From an uncultured Alphaproteobacteria bacterium (GTDB taxonomy: Bacteria > Pseudomonadota > Alphaproteobacteria > Rhizobiales > Xanthobacteraceae), in NCBI GenBank assembly GCA_963809675.1, contig CAWEKJ010000002.1, positions 306 through 64,305 on the forward strand: a stretch of 64,000 nucleotides of DNA, in the 5' to 3' direction. Shown piece by piece: positions 44,182 to 54,145 of this stretch. Positions within the stretch are counted from its first letter, which is position 1. Each line of letters opens with the position of its first letter. The notes beneath the pieces are model-generated. The model was not told where the DNA came from. It searched no databases and saw nothing but the letters and a program-made list of their open reading frames with translations. Both the position numbers and the translations under genes were made by a program.

Positions 44182-44580
44182 TTAGTAGTAGCCGTAATCA
44201 TCACAGACCCACGCATGGCGAAGTCCCCATGGTGTCGCGACCCACTGCCAGCAACTGTCGTAACCGCCAACCCACCACGGACCGCCACCGATGAAGAAGA
44301 CCCGGCCGTGGCGGTGCACGAACCTGCCGTGGTGGAACGCGCCGTGGTTCCAGTTTGCGCCATTCCAACGAGCACCGGACCAACCGCCAACACGGGCTGT
44401 GCCGACAGCAGCGCGGCTGCTAAAGCCGGGGCCACTCATGCGGGCACCGGACCAGCCACCGCTCATATGGGCGCCAGCCACATGACCAGCCCCACCACCA
44501 CCCATGTGGCCACCGCCGTGCGCGGCGAGAGCCAACGAGGGCAATAACGAAATTGCTAAGGCGGATAGAATCCTACGCAT
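44182..44580 (-). CDS. Secreted Gly/His/Trp-rich protein with a C-terminal Cys hairpin
   Basis: GGAGG RBS, signal peptide ending ALA, GGWSGAR repeat, CWQWVATPWGLRHAWVC. Confidence 0.75.
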   Translation of the reverse strand: MRRILSALAISLLPSLALAAHGGGHMGGGGAGHVAGAHMSGGWSGARMSGPGFSSRAAVGTARVGGWSGARWNGANWNHGAFHHGRFVHRHGRVFFIGGGPWWVGGYDSCWQWVATPWGLRHAWVCDDYGYY

Positions 44581-44971
44581 GCGATCCTCCTATGTGTTGT
44601 TTAAATAAGAAACACCGAAGCGAGGGAGAATCCAGCGCAGCTGTCACGAAGTCTTGATCGCCAACGGCGAATACAGACGTCAAGAAGTTCCTTGGCGAGC
44701 AACTCCTCGATCAATGCCGCTGCGTCTTTTAGTGCGCGCGTGGCCCGAGAAACCCTGCGTACGCACGCCAGCGTCCGATCGCACTTTTCCCTACGAGGGT
44801 TATCGGGTGCGCGGCGAGGTCTGGAGCCGACCCGGCGCGGATGGCGATTCAATAAGAAATTCGTACCGAGCACGGCCGCGCACTAATGCTGGGTCGCGTC
44901 GTAACAACTCGACTGTCTAAACTCATAACAGTTTGAACGACGAAACTCATTGAGAGTCAGCTAACGTATGT

Positions 44972-45062
44972 AAACAGGGACGCTGTTGTCTCGCGTCTTG
45001 AGACAACAGCGTCGAGGGAGGGGTTACAGGGACGTATGTACCACGGGAGTCCGCTAGTACAT
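44972..45062 (-). ncRNA. Candidate sRNA (5' hairpin, C-rich anti-SD linker, 14-bp terminal hairpin)
   Basis: ATGTAC/GTACAT stem, CCCTGTAACCCCTCCCTC, perfect IR at 44979-45013. Confidence 0.45.
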
Positions 45063-45219
45063 TCAAAACCTACGGCTCGACGTTAGATTGTTCTATTGGA
45101 CCATGGGTCAACCGTCAGGACGACACGCCCCGCACACCTGGCGGTGGATTCTCGCCGAACGGTCATAATACGCCGTCGCGTAGATTTCGCGATCGCACTG
45201 CGCACGATAAGGCCAACGA

Positions 45220-45291
45220 TAACTGCTGTGAGTCATTAGCGGACATGGCTGCTAGTCAAGTCGACGTGCGCGCTGCCCCCGATAGCGGACA
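45220..45291. repeat. Palindrome doublet C
   Basis: taactgctgtgagtcattagcggaca (45220) and cgtgcgcgctgcccccgatagcggaca (45265). Confidence 0.7.
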
Positions 45292-45300
45292 TCGGCGAGC

Positions 45301-45393
45301 TCCGGCGCCAGCCGTCGCCCGCCGCGTCGCTGATCTGCTGCGCGACTGCCCGGCCGGCTCGCCGCCTCCGCCCTGGCAGGCTATGGGTTTTAG
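45301..45393 (+). pseudogene. Remnant second copy of the murI 3' end
   Basis: 72-bp repeat followed by ctggcaggctatgggttttag (LAGYGF*), matching the murI C-terminus after an internal deletion. Confidence 0.75.
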
Positions 45394-46001
45394 CCGAATA
45401 AATGCGGCCAGACTTCGTGCCCACCGCGCCAAATCATGTCGCAGGCGACATAGAAGACGATGGCGAGGCCGACATAGACAATCCAGCGAAGACGGTTGAG
45501 CAGCCGTGCGATCAACCCCGCCGCGAAACCCATCAGCACGATCGACAAAGCCAGCCCGAACACCAGCGCGATCAGGTGATCGCGCGCGGCGCCGGCCACC
45601 GCCAGCACGTTGTCGAGCGACATTGAAATATCCGCCAGCACGATCTGCCAAGCAGCCTGCGCGAAGGTTTTGCGCGGGGCCTGCGCGGCTTGGGCTTCGC
45701 CGCCCGTGGCCCGGCGTGCGCGCAATTCGCGCCACATTTTCCAACACACCCACAGCAGCAGGAGGCCGCCCGCCAGCAGCAGACCGACGATCTGCATCAA
45801 CTGGACCACGAAGACCGCCAGCAGAATGCGAAGCACGGTCGCCGCCACGATGCCAGCCATGATTACGCGAGAGCGCTGGTCTGGGGCGAGGCCAGCGGCG
45901 GCGAGCCCGATGACCACCGCATTGTCGCCGGCCAACACCAGATCGATCATGATGACCTGGAGAAAGGCGGCGATCGAAGCCTGTGAAAGCAGCTCGCTCA
46001 T
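45390..46001 (-). CDS. TerC-family (YjbE/YkoY-like) membrane protein
   Basis: IDLVLAGDNAVVI, ADISMSLDNVLAVAGAA. Confidence 0.92.
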   Translation of the reverse strand: MSELLSQASIAAFLQVIMIDLVLAGDNAVVIGLAAAGLAPDQRSRVIMAGIVAATVLRILLAVFVVQLMQIVGLLLAGGLLLLWVCWKMWRELRARRATGGEAQAAQAPRKTFAQAAWQIVLADISMSLDNVLAVAGAARDHLIALVFGLALSIVLMGFAAGLIARLLNRLRWIVYVGLAIVFYVACDMIWRGGHEVWPHLFG

Positions 46002-46029
46002 AAGGCTTCGATAGCACCGGATGGCCGGT

Positions 46030-46058
46030 TTGACACCCGCGCCCCTACCCCCTAAAAC
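46030..46058 (+). promoter_or_regulatory. Sigma70 promoter of rpsD, TTGACA-N17-TAAAAC
   Basis: Near-consensus -35/-10 about 150 nt upstream of the rpsD ATG. Confidence 0.65.
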
Positions 46059-46210
46059 CCGCGCACCTTGCGGGTTTTAAGGCCTGACAGGGTGTTTCGC
46101 GACCCGTGGCAAGATCTTGCGCTTTCGAGGTCATGCCTGTCGGTTCCGGAGTGATCCGGGACAGAGGAGGGCGCGGTTCCTCAAACTTTTATGCAACAAT
46201 CGAGGACGCG

Positions 46211-46828
46211 ATGACCAAGCGCATGGAATCCAAGTACAAGCTCGACCGCCGGATGGGCCAGAACATCTGGGGCCGACCAAAAAGCCCGGTCAACCGGCGA
46301 GAATATGGCCCCGGCCAGCACGGCCAGCGCCGCAAGAGCAAGCTCTCCGACTACGGTGTTCAGCTCAAGGCCAAGCAGAAGTTGCGCGGCTATTACGGCA
46401 ACATTTCCGAGAAGCAGTTTCGCGGCATCTATGACGAGGCGATTCGCATGAAGGGCGACAGCGGCGCCCACATGATCGGCCTGCTCGAAAGGCGGTTGGA
46501 CGCCATCGTCTACCGCGCCAAATTCGTCCCCACCGTGTTTGCCGCCCGTCAGTTTGTCAATCACGGCCACGTCAAGGTGAACGGCCGACGCGTGAATATC
46601 TCGAGCTACCGCGTCAAGGTCGGCGACATCGTCGAGGTGAAGGAAAAGTCGCGGCAGATGAATCTGGTGCTGGAAGCGCAGGCTTTATCCGAGCGCGATG
46701 TGCCGGACTACATCGAGGTCGATGGCGCCAAAATGACCGCCAAGCTCTCGCGCATTCCGGTCATCACCGATGTGCCCTATCCGGTACAGATGGAGCCGCA
46801 TCTGGTGGTCGAATATTATTCGCGCTGA
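46211..46828 (+). CDS. rpsD: 30S ribosomal protein S4
   Basis: [41 protein letters not shown]. Confidence 0.98.
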   Translation: MTKRMESKYKLDRRMGQNIWGRPKSPVNRREYGPGQHGQRRKSKLSDYGVQLKAKQKLRGYYGNISEKQFRGIYDEAIRMKGDSGAHMIGLLERRLDAIVYRAKFVPTVFAARQFVNHGHVKVNGRRVNISSYRVKVGDIVEVKEKSRQMNLVLEAQALSERDVPDYIEVDGAKMTAKLSRIPVITDVPYPVQMEPHLVVEYYSR

Positions 46829-46871
46829 TCCCGAAATCAGGGCCGCATTCTCGGTTTTTTAGATTGAAACG

Positions 46872-46898
46872 AAGCCCCGCCTCCTCGGCGGGGCTTTT
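46872..46898 (+). terminator. Rho-independent terminator after rpsD
   Basis: AAGCCCCGCC/GGCGGGGCTT stem plus T-run. Confidence 0.8.
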
Positions 46899-47031
46899 GC
46901 ATTTGCTATCAACTGTGTGCGGTGCACAATATTTTGTAGTGCGTCTGCCACCTTTTTCTACATCTAGTGGCTTTTCTACGATAATTTTGTGGCGTCCCGA
47001 ATCGAAGGGGCGTGGCTAGGGAGAATTCGCA

Positions 47032-47265
47032 ATGAAAGGGATCGACAGCGTTAAGGAATGGGTTGGGGCGTTGACGGAACTCGCACTGATGCTTCTCGCA
47101 TTGGCGATCGTGTTGGCGGTTCTGGTCGGATCCAACCTTCCGTTCTTTGGCGGCGTGACCGCCAACATCATGGCGATGGTCAAGGATCTGGGATCAAACG
47201 GCCTCGTCGGCCTCATCGCCCTCGGCATCATCCTGTGGCTGTTCTCTAACCGGAAAATGGCCTGA
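47032..47265 (+). CDS. 77-aa two-TM hypothetical membrane protein
   Basis: GGGGAG RBS; LGSNGLVGLIAL motif. Confidence 0.75.
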   Translation: MKGIDSVKEWVGALTELALMLLALAIVLAVLVGSNLPFFGGVTANIMAMVKDLGSNGLVGLIALGIILWLFSNRKMA

Positions 47266-47367
47266 GCCCGCGTAGGGCCAGCGCTATCAGCTTTGCCGAG
47301 GCAACTGGGTGGGGAGCGAAGGCTCCCCACCGCGTCATGATGCATGCGCCACGATGAGGCTCTTCCC

Positions 47368-47604
47368 ATGTGGAAATTCATGGCCACGTCGAAACGGTTT
47401 TTGTGGGAATTCGTCGAGCTAGGCTTTGCCGCGGTGCTTGCGGTCATGTTGATCTATCTGATCCTCGGGCAGAGCTCCGGGGTCTTTGTGTTATCGGTCG
47501 CCGATAATGTGACGAAATTCGCCAATGGCGTGCCGACCCCAAGCCTGATCGGCCTGGGGCTATTGTTGGCGCTGATCTATTTGATCGGGAAACGCGTACG
47601 TTAG
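47368..47604 (+). CDS. 78-aa two-TM protein, probable divergent paralog of the upstream gene
   Basis: Same layout: EL..TM1, V..N, LIGLG TM2, basic tail. Confidence 0.65.
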   Translation: MWKFMATSKRFLWEFVELGFAAVLAVMLIYLILGQSSGVFVLSVADNVTKFANGVPTPSLIGLGLLLALIYLIGKRVR

Positions 47605-47621
47605 CGCAGACGCCGCAAGCT

Positions 47622-47960
47622 TTAAGCCGAGGCGGCCGCCTTGACCGTGACGCCTTTGTCCTTGAGCGTCTGCTGCAATTCGCCGGCCTGGAACATCTCG
47701 CGAATAATATCGCAGCCGCCGACGAACTCGCCCTTCACATAGAGCTGCGGAATGGTCGGCCAGTTTGAATAGGCCTTGATGCCGTTCCGCAGGTCGTCGG
47801 AATCCAGCACGTTGAGGCCTTTGTAGCTGACCCCAAGATGGTCGAGGATTTGCACCACTTGGCCGGAAAATCCGCATTGCGGGAATTGCGGGGTGCCTTT
47901 CATGAACAGCACCACGTCGTTTGCCTTCACTTCATTGTCGATGAATTGCTCGATGCCCAT
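47622..47960 (-). CDS. grxD: Monothiol glutaredoxin Grx4
   Basis: PQCGFS, WPTIPQLY, GGCDI. Confidence 0.96.
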   Translation of the reverse strand: MGIEQFIDNEVKANDVVLFMKGTPQFPQCGFSGQVVQILDHLGVSYKGLNVLDSDDLRNGIKAYSNWPTIPQLYVKGEFVGGCDIIREMFQAGELQQTLKDKGVTVKAAASA

Positions 47961-48060
47961 GGATTCAAGGTCCTGTTGGGCGGCGCGGGGCCGCCGTGAT
48001 TACCGATATATGTAGCGCAGATTCCACCGCCACCCCAAGTGGGTAGAAACGCTTTCCAAA

Positions 48061-48468
48061 TCAAACCTTTGGCGGGGCATAAAACGTGCCTTCGACCTCG
48101 AAAATGTCGTCCTGATTGAGCTTGGCGACCTCCACAATGGTGCGCGGCGGATAAGGGCCGCCGGCCCATAGTTCCTCCTGAACTTTGTTCACGAGCGGCC
48201 GTAAGCGGTTCATATCGGTGACAAAAACCGTGAGCCGCACGCAATCGGAAAGGCTCGCGCCTTCCGATAAAGCGATCGTTTTCATGTTCGTAAAAGCGGT
48301 CCGAATACGCTCTTCCTCGGTCCCGAGGATGGCGTTGCTCGCCGGGTCGATACCGCGCATGCCGGCGACGAAGACGAAATCGCCGGCGCGCGCGCCCAGG
48401 CTCCAGGTGCCGGTCGGCTTGATCGCGCCTTGAGGCGAAAGAGTTTTAACGCCGCGGCGCGAAGCCAT
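48061..48468 (-). CDS. RidA/YjgF family protein
   Basis: RAGDFVFVAG, YPPRTIVEV..L...FEVE. Confidence 0.85.
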   Translation of the reverse strand: MASRRGVKTLSPQGAIKPTGTWSLGARAGDFVFVAGMRGIDPASNAILGTEEERIRTAFTNMKTIALSEGASLSDCVRLTVFVTDMNRLRPLVNKVQEELWAGGPYPPRTIVEVAKLNQDDIFEVEGTFYAPPKV

Positions 48469-48704
48469 CAGGCGTCCGGCGCCGCTGTTTGCAGCGCGAG
48501 CGCATGCAGAACGCCGCCCATCTGGTCTTTGAGCGTGTTGTAGACCAGTTGATGCTGTTGCACGCGTGACTTACCCTTGAACGAAGCGGAGATCACAGTG
48601 GCAGCATAGTGGTCGCCGTCGCCTGCCAGATCGCGGATTGTCACCCGCGCGTCCGGGATGCCCGCCTTGATCAGCCGCTCAATCTCGCCGGCGTCCATCG
48701 CCAT
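48468..48704 (-). CDS. BolA family protein
   Basis: DLAGDGDHY, F.GKSRVQQHQLVY, LHALAL. Confidence 0.92.
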   Translation of the reverse strand: MAMDAGEIERLIKAGIPDARVTIRDLAGDGDHYAATVISASFKGKSRVQQHQLVYNTLKDQMGGVLHALALQTAAPDA

Positions 48705-48730
48705 GGTGGGCCATTCCTCCGCCCGAAAGC

Positions 48731-50956
48731 TTAAAGCTCGCCCGCCATGTAGGCCGGCAGCCAGCCCTCGAAACGCTCGCGCAACATCGTGACCAGGATG
48801 CGGCGCTCGCCGGAAAGCGTCAATGCGTCGCCGCCGGTTGTCCCAATTGCCCACACCGGCACGCTCGCCGCCTGAGCCCGCTTGAGCACGGCCTCCGTTT
48901 GCGCCGCCGGCACGGTGACCAAATAGCGCGCCTGGTCTTCGCCGAACCAATAGGCATGCGCCGGAATGTCGTCGGGCGCGGTTGCAAGGCTGGCGCCGAT
49001 GCCGGAGGCCATCGCCATCTCGGCCAGCGCGACCGCCAGCCCTCCGTCGGAGAGATCGTGCGCCGCGCTCGCCGTGCCGTCGAGGATCAGCGCGCGGACG
49101 AAATCGCCGTTCTCGCGCTCCTCGATCAGATCGACCGGCGGCGGCGCGCCCTCCTCGCGGCCGCACAGCTCGCGCAGATACATCGACTGGCCGAGCCAGC
49201 CGGTGGTTTCGCCGACCAGCAGGATCGTTTCGCCGGCGCGCCTGAAGGCAAGCGTCGCCGACTTGCTGAAGTCATCGAGCAGCCCGACGCCGCCGATCGA
49301 CGGCGTCGGCAGGATCGCACGGCCATTGGTTTCGTTGTAGAGCGACACATTGCCGGACACGACCGGGAACGCCAGTGCCTTGCAGGCTTCGGCGATGCCG
49401 CGAATGCAGCCGACGAACTGGCCCATGATTTCCGGCCGTTCCGGGTTGCCGAAATTGAGATTGTCGGTAATGGCGAGCGGCCTGCTGCCTACTGCCGTCA
49501 AATTGCGCCAGCATTCCGCCACCGCCTGCTTGCCGCCCTCGAACGGATCGGCCTCGCAATAACGCGGCGTCACATCGGTGGTGAGCGCGAGACCCTTCGG
49601 CCCGTTTTCGACCCGCACCACCGCGGCATCGCCGCCCGGCCGCTGCACGGTATTGCCTTGAATGATGTGGTCGTATTGCTCCCAGACCCAGCGCTTCGAG
49701 CAGAGGTCCGGCGCGCCGATCAGCTTTTCCAGCGCATCGGCGACGCTCATCGGCGGTTTGACGTCGTCGGCGTCGATCGCGGCGGGCTTGGCAGCGCTGA
49801 CGAAGGCCCGCTTGTACTCGGGCGCCTGGTCGCCGAGCTCCTTGATCGGAAGGTCCACCATCACGTCGCCCCGGTGACGCACGATGAAGCGTTTGTCGGG
49901 CGTGGTTTGGCCGACGATTGCGAAATCGAGCCCCCATTTACGGAAGATCGCCTCGGCCTCCTTTTCTTTCTCCGGCTTGAGCACCATGAGCATGCGCTCC
50001 TGGCTCTCCGACAGCATCATTTCATAGGCGCTCATGCCCTCTTCTCGACACGGCACCTTGTCGAGATCGAGCGTGACGCCGAGATCGCCCTTGGCGCCCA
50101 TTTCCACCGCCGAGCAGGTTAGGCCGGCGGCGCCCATGTCCTGGATGGCGATCACGCAGCCTTTGTGCATGATCTCGAGGCACGCTTCGAGCAGGAGCTT
50201 CTCGGAGAATGGATCGCCAACTTGAACGGTCGGGCGCTTGGCGTCGGCATCCTCGCCGAATTCCGCCGAGGCCATCGACGCGCCATGTATGCCGTCGCGC
50301 CCGGTCTTGGAGCCGAGATAGACGATCGGCATGCCGACGCCCGAAGCGGCTGCGTAAAAAATCTTGTCTTTTTCGGCGATGCCGACCGCCATGGCGTTGA
50401 CCAGGTTGTTGCCGTCATAGCGCGAGTGGAAACGCACCGAGCCGCCGACCGTCGGCACGCCGAAGCTGTTGCCATAGCCGCCGATGCCGGCCACCACGCC
50501 GGACACCAGAGCCTGCGTCTTCGGATGTTTGGGGTCGCCAAACGACAATGCGTTGAGGCAGGCGATCGGCCGGGCGCCCATGGTGAACACGTCGCGCAGG
50601 ATGCCGCCGACGCCGGTGGCGGCGCCCTGATAGGGCTCGATGTAGCTCGGGTGGTTGTGGCTCTCCATCTTGAACACGCAGGCGAGCCCGTCGCCGATGT
50701 CGATGACACCGGCGTTCTCGCCCGGCCCCTGGATGACATGCGGGCCCTTGGTCGGCAGCGTGCGCAGATGGACCTTGGAGGATTTGTACGAGCAGTGCTC
50801 GTTCCACATCGCCGAAAAGATACCGAGTTCGGTCAGCGTCGGCTCGCGCCCGATCAGGTCGAGCACGCGCTGATATTCGTCCGGCTTGAGGCCGTGTTCG
50901 GCGACCAGTTGCGGGGTGATGGGGGGTTCGTTTCGGATCAATGTTTCTTTCGTCAT
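48731..50956 (-). CDS. purL: FGAM synthase subunit PurL
   Basis: [33 protein letters not shown]. Confidence 0.97.
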   Translation of the reverse strand: MTKETLIRNEPPITPQLVAEHGLKPDEYQRVLDLIGREPTLTELGIFSAMWNEHCSYKSSKVHLRTLPTKGPHVIQGPGENAGVIDIGDGLACVFKMESHNHPSYIEPYQGAATGVGGILRDVFTMGARPIACLNALSFGDPKHPKTQALVSGVVAGIGGYGNSFGVPTVGGSVRFHSRYDGNNLVNAMAVGIAEKDKIFYAAASGVGMPIVYLGSKTGRDGIHGASMASAEFGEDADAKRPTVQVGDPFSEKLLLEACLEIMHKGCVIAIQDMGAAGLTCSAVEMGAKGDLGVTLDLDKVPCREEGMSAYEMMLSESQERMLMVLKPEKEKEAEAIFRKWGLDFAIVGQTTPDKRFIVRHRGDVMVDLPIKELGDQAPEYKRAFVSAAKPAAIDADDVKPPMSVADALEKLIGAPDLCSKRWVWEQYDHIIQGNTVQRPGGDAAVVRVENGPKGLALTTDVTPRYCEADPFEGGKQAVAECWRNLTAVGSRPLAITDNLNFGNPERPEIMGQFVGCIRGIAEACKALAFPVVSGNVSLYNETNGRAILPTPSIGGVGLLDDFSKSATLAFRRAGETILLVGETTGWLGQSMYLRELCGREEGAPPPVDLIEERENGDFVRALILDGTASAAHDLSDGGLAVALAEMAMASGIGASLATAPDDIPAHAYWFGEDQARYLVTVPAAQTEAVLKRAQAASVPVWAIGTTGGDALTLSGERRILVTMLRERFEGWLPAYMAGEL

Positions 50957-50979
50957 GACCGGGCGTGACGCCGATTTTG

Positions 50980-51681
50980 TCACGCAGCGTTCTCCAAGGC
51001 GTCCACCAGCCCCGCGAACAGCCCGCGCCCGTCGGTGACGCCGAGCGCCGTCTCTACATGGTTCTCCGGGTGCGGCATCATGCCGAGCACGTTGCCGCGC
51101 TCGTTGACGATGCCTGCGATGGCGTTGATGGCGCCGTTGACGTTCCAGGCCGCCTCAAGCTTGCCCTCGGGCGACGCGTAACGAAACAGTACCCGGCCCT
51201 CGTCCTCGATGCGCTTGATGGTGTCGGCGTCGGCGATGTAGTTGCCCTCGCCGTGCGCCACCGGCACGCGGATCACCTGGCCCGCATTGTAGCCGCGCGT
51301 GAACGGCGAGCCGGATTGCTCGACCCGCAGATAGACGTCGCGGCAGATAAATTTGAGCCGTGCGTTGCGCATCAGCACGCCCGGCAAGAGCCCTGCTTCG
51401 CAGAGAATCTGGAAGCCGTTGCAGACGCCGAGCGTGAGCCCGCCTTTGCCGGCGAAGGCGCGCACCGCGTCCATGATCGGCGAACGCGCCGCGATTGCCC
51501 CGCAGCGCAGATAATCGCCGTAGGAGAAGCCGCCGGGGATCACCACCAGATCGGTGCCGGCCGGCAGCGCGGTTTCGGCGTGCCAGACCATTGCCGGTTC
51601 ATGACCGGAGGTCAGCTTTAGCGTGCGCGCCATGTCGCGCTCGCGGTTGATGCCGGGGAAAACGACGACGGCGGCTTTCAT
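50980..51681 (-). CDS. purQ: FGAM synthase glutaminase PurQ
   Basis: [24 protein letters not shown]. Confidence 0.97.
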   Translation of the reverse strand: MKAAVVVFPGINRERDMARTLKLTSGHEPAMVWHAETALPAGTDLVVIPGGFSYGDYLRCGAIAARSPIMDAVRAFAGKGGLTLGVCNGFQILCEAGLLPGVLMRNARLKFICRDVYLRVEQSGSPFTRGYNAGQVIRVPVAHGEGNYIADADTIKRIEDEGRVLFRYASPEGKLEAAWNVNGAINAIAGIVNERGNVLGMMPHPENHVETALGVTDGRGLFAGLVDALENAA

Positions 51682-51920
51682 CCAACCACCTCGACTCGGT
51701 AATTCTCGATCACGGTATTGGCCAAAAGCTTATCGGCGGCCTGCTTGAGCAGGGCCTCGGCCTTGGCGGGGTCGGAACCCTCAATTTCGATATCGAACAC
51801 CTTGCCCTGGCGCACGCTGGCGACGCCTGAGACTCCCAACGAGCGCAGTGCGCCTTCGATGGCCTTGCCTTGGGGATCGAGAATGCCGGTTTTCAGAGTG
51901 ACGGTGACGCGGGCTTTCAT
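51678..51920 (-). CDS. purS: FGAM synthase subunit PurS
   Basis: [18 protein letters not shown]. Confidence 0.95.
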   Translation of the reverse strand: MKARVTVTLKTGILDPQGKAIEGALRSLGVSGVASVRQGKVFDIEIEGSDPAKAEALLKQAADKLLANTVIENYRVEVVG

Positions 51921-51939
51921 GATTCGTAACCTAGAGACG

Positions 51940-51968
51940 CCGAAGCCCGGCACAAGACCGGGCTTCGG
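51940..51968. terminator. 11-bp hairpin between purC and purS
   Basis: CCGAAGCCCGG/CCGGGCTTCGG; no strong U-tract. Confidence 0.45.
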
Positions 51969-52003
51969 GTAATTCACGGTCAAATCGACCGAAATGCGGC
52001 GTT

Positions 52004-52801
52004 TTAGCTCTTCACGAGCACCGGACCGGCGCCGCGCGGCGGCTCACCCTCGTTCATGATGCCCAGCCGCTTGGCGACCTCGGTATAGGCTTCCAAAAGG
52101 CCGCCAAGATCGCGGCGAAAGCGGTCCTTGTCGAGCTTGTTGTTGGTCTTGATGTCCCACAGCCGGCAGCTGTCGGGCGAAATCTCGTCGGCCACGACGA
52201 TGCGCATCACGTCGTTTTCCCACAGCCGGCCGGTTTCCATCTTGAAATCGACCAGGCGGATGCCAACACCTAGGAAGACGCCGGAAAGGAAGTCGTTGAC
52301 CCTGATGGCAAGCGCCATGATGTCGTCGATTTCCTGAGGGCTGGCCCAGCCGAAGGCGGTAATGTGCTCTTCCGACACCATCGGGTCGTTGAGCGCAGCG
52401 TTCTTGTAGTAAAACTCGATGATCGAGCGCGGCAACTGGGTGCCCTCGTCGATCCCCAAGCGCGTTGCCAGCGTGCCGGCGGCGACGTTACGCACCACCA
52501 CTTCGAGCGGGATGATCTCGACCTCGCGGATCAACTGCTCACGCATGTTGAGCCGGCGGATGAAATGGGTCGGAACTCCGATATCGTTGAGGTGCTGGAA
52601 GATGTATTCGGAGATCCGGTTATTGAGAACGCCTTTGCCCTCAATGACCTCGTGTTTCTTGGCGTTGAAGGCGGTGGCGTCGTCCTTGAAATGCTGGATC
52701 AGCGTTCCAGGCTCGGGGCCTTCATAGAGAATCTTCGCCTTGCCTTCATAAATGCGGCGGCGGCGACTCATCGGGGTGTACCGTGGGTTTTGAAAGTCCA
52801 T
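52004..52801 (-). CDS. purC: SAICAR synthetase
   Basis: [34 protein letters not shown]. Confidence 0.97.
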   Translation of the reverse strand: MDFQNPRYTPMSRRRRIYEGKAKILYEGPEPGTLIQHFKDDATAFNAKKHEVIEGKGVLNNRISEYIFQHLNDIGVPTHFIRRLNMREQLIREVEIIPLEVVVRNVAAGTLATRLGIDEGTQLPRSIIEFYYKNAALNDPMVSEEHITAFGWASPQEIDDIMALAIRVNDFLSGVFLGVGIRLVDFKMETGRLWENDVMRIVVADEISPDSCRLWDIKTNNKLDKDRFRRDLGGLLEAYTEVAKRLGIMNEGEPPRGAGPVLVKS

Positions 52802-53046
52802 CGGATGCCGTGGCTCCTGTTCGTGGCGTCTCGAGATCCGCGGCGGCGGGACCGGACATTTGCAATTGCGCTAAAGCCGTCCGGGCACAAGGTCAAGCTA
52901 GCCGATCAATCGAAGCAGCACAATCGCGGGCGGCGCACGTTTTCCACTCCGCATTATCAGGTCATCAACACTGCCGCATGTTGCCTTGACGCTGGCGGAG
53001 CGATATGCAAGGCGGCATCAGTTGCATGTGTACGAATGAGGGCGAC

Positions 53047-53373
53047 ATGGCGACGACTTTCGACAAGCGCGAAAAAGACTTCGAGAAAAAATTCGCGCAC
53101 GACGAGGAGCTTCGGTTCAAAGCCGGCGCCCGGCGCAACAAGCTGCTCGGCTTGTGGGCGGCCGAGAAGATGGGGCTTACCGGCGCGCGGGCCGACGCCT
53201 ACGCCAAGGAGGTCGTGATGGCCGACTTCGAGAAGGCCGGCGACCACGACGTATTTAGCAAAATTCGCAATGACTTAGAGACTAAGAAAGTCGTCGCCTC
53301 GGAGCAGGAAATTCGCCGCGTCATGGACGAGTTGATGACGCAGGCGGTCGCCGAGATCAAGGCGAGCGGCTGA
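53047..53373 (+). CDS. DUF1476 protein (alphaproteobacterial F1Fo ATPase zeta-subunit family)
   Basis: TTFDKRE..FEKKFAHDEEL.FKA.ARRNKLLGLWAA. Confidence 0.88.
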   Translation: MATTFDKREKDFEKKFAHDEELRFKAGARRNKLLGLWAAEKMGLTGARADAYAKEVVMADFEKAGDHDVFSKIRNDLETKKVVASEQEIRRVMDELMTQAVAEIKASG

Positions 53374-53374
53374 G

Positions 53375-54145
53375 ATGGCCGCCTTCACCCTCGCCCGCCG
53401 CCTGCACGCAGGCGAAATCGTTCATTGCGGCTGGTGCGCGCTCGGCTCGCCGATTGTCGCCGAGGCCGTGGCGCGCGCAGGCTTTACCGCCGTCGGCATC
53501 GACCAGCAGCACGGGCTGTGGGACCTGGCCGCGACCGTCACCGGCATCGGCGCCATTCATGCCGCAGGCTCCGCGCCGATCGTGCGCGTGCCGCACGGCG
53601 ACTTCGCCATGGTGAGCCGCGCGCTCGACATGGGCGCCGAGGGCGTCATCGCGCCGATGATCAACACCGTCGAGGACGCGCGCAAATTCGTCGCGGTCGC
53701 CAAGTTTCCGCCGGTCGGCGAGCGCAGCTGGGGGCCCAACCGCGCCATAATGCTCGGCGATTTCGCCGACCAGAAGGCCTATCTGCGCGACGCCAACGAC
53801 CGCACCGTCACGTTGGCGATGATCGAAACGGCTGCCTCGATGAGCAACGTCGACGCGATCGCGGCAACGCCCGGTATCGACGTGCTATTTGTCGGGCCGT
53901 CCGATCTGTCAATTACGCTGAGCGATGGCGCCATGCTCGATCCGCATTCGAAAGAAGTCGAAGCCAGGCTGGAACAGGTCGTCGCGGCCGCTAAGAAGGC
54001 CGGCAAAGTCGCCGGGCTTTATTGCGGCAATGCCGCGCGCGCAGCGGCGATGGCAAAACGCGGCTTCAATTTCCTTGCCGTCGGCAGCGATCTTGGATTC
54101 CTGCGCGAGGGCGCAGCGCCCCACGTGAAAACGCTAAAGGGCTGA
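53375..54145 (+). CDS. HpcH/HpaI aldolase family protein
   Basis: DQQHG, ALDMGAEGVIAPM, MIET, FVGPSDL. Confidence 0.9.
   Translation: MAAFTLARRLHAGEIVHCGWCALGSPIVAEAVARAGFTAVGIDQQHGLWDLAATVTGIGAIHAAGSAPIVRVPHGDFAMVSRALDMGAEGVIAPMINTVEDARKFVAVAKFPPVGERSWGPNRAIMLGDFADQKAYLRDANDRTVTLAMIETAASMSNVDAIAATPGIDVLFVGPSDLSITLSDGAMLDPHSKEVEARLEQVVAAAKKAGKVAGLYCGNAARAAAMAKRGFNFLAVGSDLGFLREGAAPHVKTLKG

Larger units (their letters stand above)
42943..45393. mobile_element. Small island inserted at the murI 3' end, no recombinase gene
   Basis: Flanking murI duplication, visibly AT-richer sequence, internal palindrome doublets. Confidence 0.65.

Noticed and set aside
42960-45291. Palindromic repeats read as a CRISPR array
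   Set aside because: Units are degenerate, occur as doublets separated by about 1 kb of genes, and no cas genes are present.
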